Positions 11,613 through 20,000 of a stretch of 20,000 nucleotides of DNA are shown here, piece by piece. Location of the stretch: the NCBI GenBank assembly GCA_000934665.2, contig KZ538395.1, positions 56,045 through 76,044 of the forward strand, in the 5' to 3' direction. The notes beneath the pieces are model-generated. The model saw nothing but the letters and a program-made list of their open reading frames with translations, had not been told where the DNA came from and searched no databases. Position numbers and translations under genes: made by a program. This DNA is from Catajapyx aquilonaris. Its lineage: Eukaryota. Numbering within the stretch: the stretch's first letter is position 1; every line of letters starts with the position of its first letter.

Positions 11613-13519
11613 GTGGCCCCCGGCGCCTCTCTTTCAAATTACCACTTTCTTGAATTAACCTGTGAGCCGTTTCCTAGCCTGTGCGTCATGGCATGCAGGT
11701 GCCCCGAAAGTAATTAAACACCTGATGCTTAAGCCAAGATTGGAAATGGATGTTCAACTCACCTGTACTGGTCCGTAAGGGGCTATGATTGAAACTGTTC
11801 CATCAACAATTGTTACTTTTGGCATGGGCTCAATTCAAAACTATTATTTAAGTGCAAATCGGCGAATTGATGGCGGCAGACAGGATTAATTATTTTGAGG
11901 GAAAAGCCATCGGGTGTTCCTGCACTTGTTTCAGGAGCGGGCGGCCAGTAAATAGGTGTCCATCCCTCCAAAAAAAAAAAAACCGGCGGATGTAAAGTGG
12001 GCATTTGTGTTTCCAGCCCAGGACGGTCAGATTAAGTATGCAACAGATCCCCTGAGAGATCACCTAACGTAATCCCGTGACTTTTTGACAGGAGCTGGAC
12101 AAAAATCTGGCTCATTGCGAGGGGCCCATCCGGGATGGCATGTGCGACGGATTAAAAACCCAGCAGTGTTGCGTCCGGACCAAAAATCACAAGTTGGCAC
12201 TTTGGGCTGGCTGGATCCCCCCCTAGTTGAAGAGCGACCATTGGCACACACACAGCACGCATCGTTTGTGGAATGAACCTCTCTTTTTTTTTGTAGTCGT
12301 ATGGTGTATGTCCCCCGGAATGGGGCGTGGAAATCCATCATGAGCGGAGATGGTCCGGCCATTTGATGAATAGGCAAGGGTAGAAGGAGCAGGTCGTTTT
12401 TGGTGCGTGTCAGGGGCTGGGTGGGGTTTTCCAAAACCGCCCAGACCGCACCATTTGCGAGGCATTAGCTCCCCGTTTTCATCAGTTCAGCTGACCGCTT
12501 AATTGTGCCGCCCACTTTCAGGCGGCGCACCAATTGCAACCTTGTCAATCGCCCCCTGAGCAGAAAAGGTGTGTGCACCATGGTGTGAAACTTTCGTGGT
12601 GTTCTCCTGGTAGCAGGAACGGAAGTTGCGCCAAAGTTGAGCCGCTGGTTTAATCTGAATTGACCGCTTCCAAGCACCGGAGCCAAAGTTGGTCAGGCCT
12701 AAAAAGAGGGAAAGCCCCCATTGGGCAAGCCCTTAATGGACTTTGAAGGGGGGAGAGAGAGGCTTACAGGGTCAAGTGGAGACATACACGAGGGGTACCG
12801 GAGTTTCTGGAGACAGCAGGTAGCTCCAGGCAGGTTTTTTTTTCCTTCTCTCTTTCCAGCCCCTTCCTTCCTTCCTTCCACCCCGCCTTTCTTTGGGTTG
12901 CCTTTTCCTTCCTCGGGCGCTTTTTATTCCCGGGAATTGTTCTACAGGAGCTCGGCAGCTTATTTGTTTGAAATCTCTGGGGAGACGTGACTACTGCGAG
13001 AACATGCTGAAAACTTGGAAGCTTTAAAGCTACTGTGGACTTAACTTTCTGGGGATAAAAGTTAGGGGGCTTGGAGGGAAAGTGCGCGGAGACGGTTATG
13101 GGGAAAAGCGAGCCGAGGGAATGTTCGTTACAAGTCGCGTTAGAATCGGGAGAAGCTTGTGTCAGGACATTAATTCCGCCATGACACAGCCCAAGTGCCT
13201 TCAGTAAAAGTCCAAGAGAGACAGAGAAAGAAAGAGGAGGAGAAGGCGGAGGAAAAAAAAAATTGTGGGTGGGCTTCCTTTTTTTTAGCCGCAAGTGGAA
13301 ACAGTAAACGTTGTCGGAATTTCTGCATTGGAGCTACTCCTCCAAACTCTCAAGCTAAAAGCTGTAACCCATTAACGACCGGTGTCCCAGAGGCATTCCC
13401 TGCCTGCCATACCAAATCCCATTACTATCCCCCAAAATTGAACGGATTGGAGTGGCAGCAGTCCATCCTATTGCCCATATATATCCCTTCTCCAGCCTCT
13501 TTTCTTCCGACCCCCCTAG

Positions 13520-13528
13520 GCTTCCAAG
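13520..13528 (+). other. Candidate 9-nt microexon GCTTCCAAG (33-nt variant from 13496)
   Basis: Polypyrimidine tract cctcttttcttccgacccccc plus TAG (AG 13518-13519), 9 nt, then a perfect donor AAG|GTGAGT (GT 13529-13530). An upstream alternative acceptor cccttctccAG (13494-13495) would give 33 nt. Both lengths are multiples of 3. Confidence 0.3.
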
Positions 13529-16500
13529 GTGAGTGCCGGACTCTCTCGCCTTTGACTGGAATATCAAACCAGAGCAGGGTGATCTAGTACGGGGGAAGGG
13601 AAAATCCGGGAGGCTGCACTGGGGTTAATCCGGGCCCAGATGGCTGAGCGTGCCTGAAGGGGACTGCCGACCGATTAAGGAGGGATAAGAGCTGCCTCGA
13701 GGAAGTCTCCGGGATATAAGCAGCAACTGATGGAGAAACATGTTTGCGATGCTCTTCCGGCCACACTCGCAGGTGGGAAGATCTGCTTCAGTGGACTCGG
13801 GATGTGTGTATTTGGACAGGGGGTGCTTGAAAGGTGTCAAAGCGAGTCTCTCTAAATGGGTGCCGTGGGAGAGTTGGCCACAGGTGCAATCACTGCTAAC
13901 GTATATGGATATAGGGGGGGAAAAAAATCGCTTTTCGTAAATTTAAATCGCTCGTTTCATCCGTTGCTGCTTCGGATTTTCACACACTCAGCATCAGCGA
14001 GTAATGCCCCGAGGCAGGCCCTACCCTTCACTCACTTCGTATAGTCTGCGTGTTTCTGCCCATTTTTGCGCGTGCACAATGACGGAAGTCGGGCCATAAA
14101 AGGGGGAAATTTGCTAATGGCATGCTAGGGGGGGTAACGTGACATATTCTATTCAATGAAGGGTGTGAAAGGCTTGCTTTTTTTCCCCCTAAGGGAACCG
14201 CCAATCACCTGTGCTGTGTAGGGTGTCCTCTGTGTTTGGACAATCCGAACGACCCACTTATGCAGAGCCTCCTTTTTTTCTGTCTCTGCCGTTGCGACTA
14301 AAAAGTTCGAGAGCGTATCCTTCCCCACCTTGGGGTTTATCCAGGAAAAGAAAACGACGGAAGAGAAGAAGAAAAAGAAAAAAAAAAGTTAGTGGAAGCA
14401 GGGAATCTACCGGCATTAAAATTTATTGGCGCCGAACGTTTGTAAACGGCAACTCCTGATTCCTTTTTACTAGGCAACGGGGAACCGTATTGCAGATTTA
14501 CTATGTAGACCTCGAGGGTGTGTCTGGTTCTGCAAGGCTGATGGAGGGGATCTAACCAGGAATCCGGGACCAAGCTGTTTAGACCAAACCCCCTCCCTCC
14601 CTTATTTTTTTTTTTTTTTGTTATCCGGGGGACAGTTTCCAGGACTGTGTTTTTGCCTGCATTTTCTCTCCTCCCTACTCTGTACATATAGGGTTCCATC
14701 GGCCTGCTTTTGTTGTGCGTGTTGTTACGGCAGGGGAGCTCCTATATACAAGGGGAGTCCGGAACACGACGCTGCTTAAATTTTCATCAGGCTATCTAGG
14801 GAAATGAGGAAGTAGCACGCATCTTCCCAAGTATACGAGAGAGTATGGGTGAGGGAGTAACAACAACACCCCTTCTCTCTCTCTCTAAAAAAAAAGAAGA
14901 GGTGTGCTATCTCTCACTATAACTGTGCTGCCTGCAGTGTAAATCCCGCAATGGCAGCCCTCTGCGGGCATTTTTTATGATTATTTAGGAGGTAGTGCTA
15001 CCGTAGGCCATTTTGTAGGTAGGTTGGCAAACAAAGGGTTGGGGGTTTGCCGAGACGTGAAATATGACATATTCGGACGCAGGTGCGGCGTACGGCCTGC
15101 TGTTGTCGGCGTGATGGCAACAGGTCCCATCAGTTACTCGCTTCCCTAACCCTATTTTGCTCGTGTTGAGGCGGATAATTTGCCAACTGCAAATAATATA
15201 GGCGGTGCGCACACGTCTTTTTCGCACTGTCCAGGGCTGGAAAAGCCCAAAATGTTGCTGGGAGAGAGAGGGAGAGGTATTTCTCAAAAGTGACGTGCCA
15301 TTGGACGGGATATGGAATTGCCAATCTTTCAGCGTCACGGCCTGTGACATCTGCTGGTAATTGGCACCTTTTCGGGAAGAGGAAAAGCTAGGACCTAATC
15401 CAGCAGAAAGGCGATGGAATATTGCTTTTGTATTCTCGGCATGAATTGTGGCCTAATAATAGTTGGCACATTGACTTTTTTCTCTACACCAAACGCATGT
15501 AAACTATACGTACTGTACCTACTTCTCAATAAGTAGACAGTGACATCTTCAGACAGTGATCTGATTGGTGAGTACAGTGCTGCGGTCCATATACGAAATC
15601 ACATTTTGAAACCCTACCGCTTATGGCTTAACCGCAGAGATCGTAATATTTAGGACTACTTTTTTTTGGAGAAGGTTAAGGTGTGGGTAGCGTCTATTAA
15701 ATGTACAGCTCGTATAACGAGATAATGAACATTATTGAAAGTGACTTGTTAGAAGGTCGCGGTTCTAACTTACATATTTGTAGTTGTAGTTTGCTTTTCC
15801 TATAGGAGTCTGCCTATACGTTTAAGTGACAAATCAGCCTAATTGGACTCTTTTTTTATCGTGGTAACTATCGCTCATTTTTTTGACCATCCAATCATAG
15901 CTCATATTTCCGCTGTTATATGGAAGTGCGTGCGCCTTGATGTGTAAATGGCAGCCTTTCGACCCAACTTTTGTGCACGGGACATGTAATTGCGATGTGG
16001 ATAACAGCAAAGTTGTACTCTAGTGGTCAGCCGAGGGGGCGAAAGCAGCGGCTGAGGTCTTTCTTAAAAAAGAAACAAACTTTTTTTTATTTTGTTTTGA
16101 TGTGGGGTCCGGGCAAGAATGCAAACTCTGAATCCGAGATTGATTGGAGGAGAAACAAACAGGAAGTATAGTCCTCCTCTGAGATTCAATTGGCAGAAGG
16201 AGACTTTTCTTCCCGGCTGAAAGGATGTAGGGCGCTGCTGAGGTCATAAGAATAAAGAAGCCCCGCCGGCAATCTCGAGGCTTTTGCTGTGTAGTGGCGA
16301 AGCAGGCAGTAACTTTTTTTTCTTCTTCTTCGTCCTGTGTATATATGTGTGTGTGTAGCATGCCAGGAGTGGTCCGTCCCAGAATCCCATGGGCCAAACG
16401 TCGGCGCCCGGACCTCGATATGTCGTCATATTTGAGCACAATGAAAAGCCGGCCAAGCGCGGAAATCTCTTACGGAAGCTGGTTCTTGGAGCAGAAATAA

Positions 16501-18346
16501 TTTATAGGAGGCGGAGGGCCCCCCGAGGCAACTTGGTGTTCCTTTGGTTATATGAGGAGGAGGGGGCAGTGTAAACTTTCCTTTGATCCTGTGCAATCGG
16601 CATTTACCGACGGAATGAGACGCCTCTTGGAACTTTTCCGCACTGCCGGTCTGGGGAATGATTTTTTTCCCCCCCGTCCCCCCTTCTCCTGCACACAATT
16701 TTTTGGAGGGAGGGAAAGATGGTGGTGGGTTCTATCAACTACCTTCTGGGCGAACTGAAACATAGGCTTCGAGTGCTGGTTCCACAACTTGGGCGCGCTC
16801 CTGGGATTTGATTCGATATTTGTCAAATGTAATTACCAGGGTTGGTTGATACACCGCGCGAGATATTTTCGTCTACTTTCTGTTTACTTCTCTCAGGCCG
16901 GAAAGGAACCCGAACAGACACTTGAAGATTTTCGGGCTTGGCTTGCTGGTTGAGTGAGAGAAAAGGAACAAGTCCTAACTTTCTCGCTTCGACACTCCTT
17001 TTCTGCTCCAACTGCTCATTGCCTTGGCACAGAGAAAGGCGAGAGGTCTTATCCGGAGCCATTGATCGGTGTCCAGAACCTGTTTTCTTGTCGATAACTG
17101 CGCTTTGCAGGAGGTAATCGCTCGCTTGTTGGTCCGACCGAATCGGTGAAGATGACCTAACGAAGGGGAAATTGTATACTTTCTTCTTCAAGAGGGTTCC
17201 CTCCGAGTGGCCTCTTTTTTTTGGGTGACTTCAACCGCTTCTAAATCGATCTGTACCGCCATTTTGAAAGTAAAAAAAAAGCAGTGCGGTGGTTCAATTA
17301 GAGATTTACCTGTACTCTATGATTGTTCATGTCAGAAGCTGACGGTATTAGAACGGAACATCTGCATGCGTTTGTGGAATGAGGCTCCAGTTGGCTGGAA
17401 CCTAAACACGAGGTAAAATTACACCCGCAGCGAGGAGCAGGTGACGTCTGAACCCTCTGTATATACAGGACGGGGGGGAAAAAAAATCAACCTTGTCTTT
17501 CATGAACTGTGATTTATTTATGTGGCTTGACAGCAAACTTTACCTCGAAGCTGAAGAAATATAGTTTCTCATTTCGGTTCCAATATTGCGGATCTGGAGC
17601 CCTTCCCTTCTGCCTCATTCTTAAAGAGTGAGAGAGTTAGGGATTGGAGGACAGGGAGCTAGGGTGGGATGAGCAAAAAAAATAATAAATTGTAGGGTAG
17701 TGGTGGAGGGGAATCTTGGGTCATCTGTAGACCTTGTTCTTTTCTTTTTTTTTTATCCGGGAGCGGTGCAAACCTCTCATTCCGCCTCTAGTCCCGGAAA
17801 TAATGCCATAAGCCTACAATTGCGGGATACCACACTTGATTGGCCCGTGAGATTGATTGCATTCCAGGGGGGGAAGATGCGCTAAAAAAAAAAATTGCAG
17901 CAAGGAGAGAGATGATCCAGAAACAGGCGAGACCGCAGTTGCCTCAACCGCGAGCCATGTTAGGAAAGTCAATGACACTAAACATTGCATTGCGGATTTA
18001 TAAATAATAATTGTTTCTAATAACTGGAGTGCGCGACGGCACAATCGCTCCAAATCGAATTAGTTCATGCATATTTAATTGGCCTTTAAGCTTCCCTGTG
18101 TCAGCAATATGCTAATTTTCTGGGCATAGAAGGTACGTTATGTATTTTTTTTTTGGTTTATGATAGTGCGGCGCATACTGTAATTAGGTCTTGCTGTAAA
18201 GCCCGGAATTTCACATTTTGCAATAAAATTTCAATCTGTTGGTTTTGCCCAATTTTCTGAGGCTAACATATTTGTAACACTTTGATTCGTACGTCTGGAT
18301 TTTCCAAGAATATATATTCGCATCGGAAAGTGCTGTTCTGTATATA

Positions 18347-18618
18347 GGCAGACCACCATAACTTGCCATTGACGTCATCGTTTACTAACTCCTAGCCAAC
18401 GTACCCCTGGAACCTCCCACTTTTCACGTTTCCATTGAGGTGTCCACATGCAACAATGGCAGTAAACAGTGTTCATTGTTGACACTGTTTGCTCTTATTG
18501 TTGCTTTGAAGGCACACACCTCCATGGAAACTTGAAAAGTGTCCAGGGGTGCGTTCGGCAGATTTCAGTTGGTAAACTAAACGATGACGTCGATGGCAAG
18601 TTAGGGTGGTCTGCTGCC
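18347..18618. mobile_element. Non-autonomous foldback/MITE-like DNA element, almost entirely palindromic, with TA (or TATA) target-site-like flanks
   Basis: The left arm 18347-18473 aligns by eye with the reverse complement of the right arm 18481-18618 in colinear blocks: cagaccacc(a/c)taacttgccat(t/c)gacgtcatcgttta 34/36; aacg(t/c)acccctgga 13/14; cacttttca(c/a)gtttccat(t/g)gaggtgt 24/26; gcaacaat 8/8; ag(t/c)aaacagtgt 11/12. The spacer is 7 nt (18474-18480). Termini GGCAG...CTGCC are flanked by TATA at 18343-18346 and 18619-18622. No coding capacity. The inverted repeat is directly seen; the transposon identity is inferred. Confidence 0.8.
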
Positions 18619-18903
18619 TATAAATGTAACTAAACAACTCGGAGTGAAATTTTTAATAAAAGTGACATCGTTTTGTGATTCATAGCAGTCCAAATAAAAG
18701 CCCGTCGACCTCAAACCCAAAATATGAGCCACAGTTGCACCAACATAAAAGCCCCCTCTCTCTCTCCTAGAATGTGTAAAATTGCGTGTGAGTCCGCGTC
18801 ACATGGTGCGCGACAACCACAGCAAAAGGAATGCCACAATGTTTGTTGCAGAAACGTAAAACATTTTCACTTTGGTCGTTTAATTGCGTTTGTATTCATT
18901 TAC

Positions 18904-18917
18904 TGTGTGTGTGTGTG
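18904..18917. repeat. (TG)7 microsatellite
   Basis: tgtgtgtgtgtgtg read directly, just upstream of the AG-free zone of the 18994 acceptor. Confidence 0.85.
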
Positions 18918-18932
18918 CTTTAATTTACGGAG

Positions 18933-19000
18933 TATATATAATTATTTTTTTTCATCTCTTTAATCCTGTACTTTTTTTCTCTGTTTGTTTACAGGTAGGT
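18933..19000 (+). other. Strong 3' splice site directly fused to a 5' splice site (candidate recursive splice site, ...TTTACAG|GTAGGT)
   Basis: There is no AG dinucleotide from 18933 to 18992. The tract is T/C-rich (ctttttttctctgtttgtttacag), with branch-point-like TTTAAT at 18959-18964, acceptor AG at 18993-18994 and donor GTAGGT at 18995-19000. Confidence 0.45.
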
Positions 19001-19981
19001 CGATGAACTATAGAGAGTCAGTTGAAGCGGCTGCGCTGCAGGCCTACAGCAATTGGGTGGCAGTCCCCGCCATTTTGGAGGAGCCTGGGTCTATGCTGTG
19101 GTTGACGGAAATGGGATCCAAGGTACTGCCAGGCCTTGCCTTTTTTCCTCTCTCTCTTTTTTTATATAAAAAAAACCCCCACCATCATCAAATGTGCTTT
19201 GGTAATTTCTGCCCTGCTTGCCTATTCGGGTCGCCAAGCGACAAAGTCGCAGGCATATCACTTTATTATAATGATATTCCGGGCTCACTTGAGCTCAATC
19301 CGGGCCTTCTTTCTTAGCCATTTTAAGGCTGGTGGAGCTTAGGGAAACAAAAGGTGGAAGGGCGTCATTAAGAAAGCAGTTGCGTGGGTGGAGGGGGGGA
19401 AGGGATGGTGGTGAAAGATTTCCCGCCTTGTGCTTGCCACGCAATTAGAATAATGATGTTAGTTGACTCCGAAAAAGAGACTGGTCTGTTGTGGAGGAGC
19501 TAAAGAGGTAAAAGAGACTGTTGTTTTGTGCAGGTTGGTCGTCGTCTAACTTAATCGCTCAATAATGAGGCCAATTTCACGGATCTAGTTTGAATAAAAC
19601 GGTCGCTGGATGTGGACGACTAAGCGCAGTTTGAATATGTTGGATATTGGGAGCCATTTAATGGAAATTAAATAATAATTATTCACACTCGACGGCGTTG
19701 TGGAGTTGGTCATCGATATGTCACTTCATATAAAAAGAAATTGTCGAAAAAAAAAGTTTTGGTAGAAAACCTTTGTGAACGAAGATTTCCTGAGTGACTG
19801 AGAGTTTCGGGGGAGGCTTATTGAAAAACTTTTTCTCCTGGAAGTGTTTGTCACGTAGAGAAGGTCAGAACTTGGGCGTCGTTTTTCAGGATGGGATTTT
19901 AGTATCACGCTGACTTTTTTTTATTTTTTTAAAGTCGTTGTTCAGCCGTGCTCTTCTCCCTTTAAGAGTGACGGGGGGAAA

Positions 19982-20000
19982 AGAGAGAGAGAGAGAGAGA
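19982..20000. repeat. (AG)n microsatellite, truncated by the window end
   Basis: agagagagagagagagaga runs to position 20000. Confidence 0.9.

Noticed and set aside
11757..11765. Perfect minus-strand donor CAG|GTGAGT
   Set aside because: No matching acceptor or coding exon found upstream on that strand; an isolated 9-mer is not informative.
14941..14976. cccgca...tgcggg hairpin followed by a T-run, resembling an intrinsic terminator
   Set aside because: 6-bp core stem, 12-nt loop, no upstream gene and a eukaryotic context; T-runs are ubiquitous here.
15573..15770. TACAGTG... start resembling a Tc1/pogo terminus, plus small hairpins (ctcgt/acgag, gttagaa/ttctaac)
   Set aside because: No partner inverted terminus found in the window, and the stems are only 5-7 bp.
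19521..19539. ttgttttgtgcag|gttggt as a second recursive site
   Set aside because: Short, G-interrupted tract and a weak donor.
1..20000. CRISPR array, retron/ncRNA-RT or other prokaryotic defence system
   Set aside because: No regularly spaced direct repeats, no gene-dense architecture and no recognisable enzyme ORFs.

Overview
This window looks like non-coding eukaryotic DNA, most plausibly an invertebrate animal. GC is intermediate by eye, CpG is not obviously depleted, and A/T/G/C homopolymers and short microsatellites are abundant. None of the listed ORFs (all 199 aa or less, overlapping on both strands, many built on homopolymers) resembles a protein family I recognise. I see no prokaryotic genes, CRISPR array, rRNA or intact tRNA. 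The one solid structure is a 272-bp, fully palindromic foldback/MITE-like element at 18347-18618 flanked by TATA; its arm transitions are G-U compatible in a + strand RNA, and its core forms a pre-miRNA-like stem. Several + strand splice signals suggest, by inference only, a very long intron of a + strand gene: a candidate recursive splice site (AG|GT at 18994/18995), a candidate 9-nt microexon (13520-13528) and a strong orphan acceptor (16896). Weaker candidates are a decayed tRNA-like/SINE head (about 7880-7956) and a 57-aa signal-peptide-like small ORF (3186-3359) missed by the ORF track. I cannot support a new multi-gene system from this sequence.
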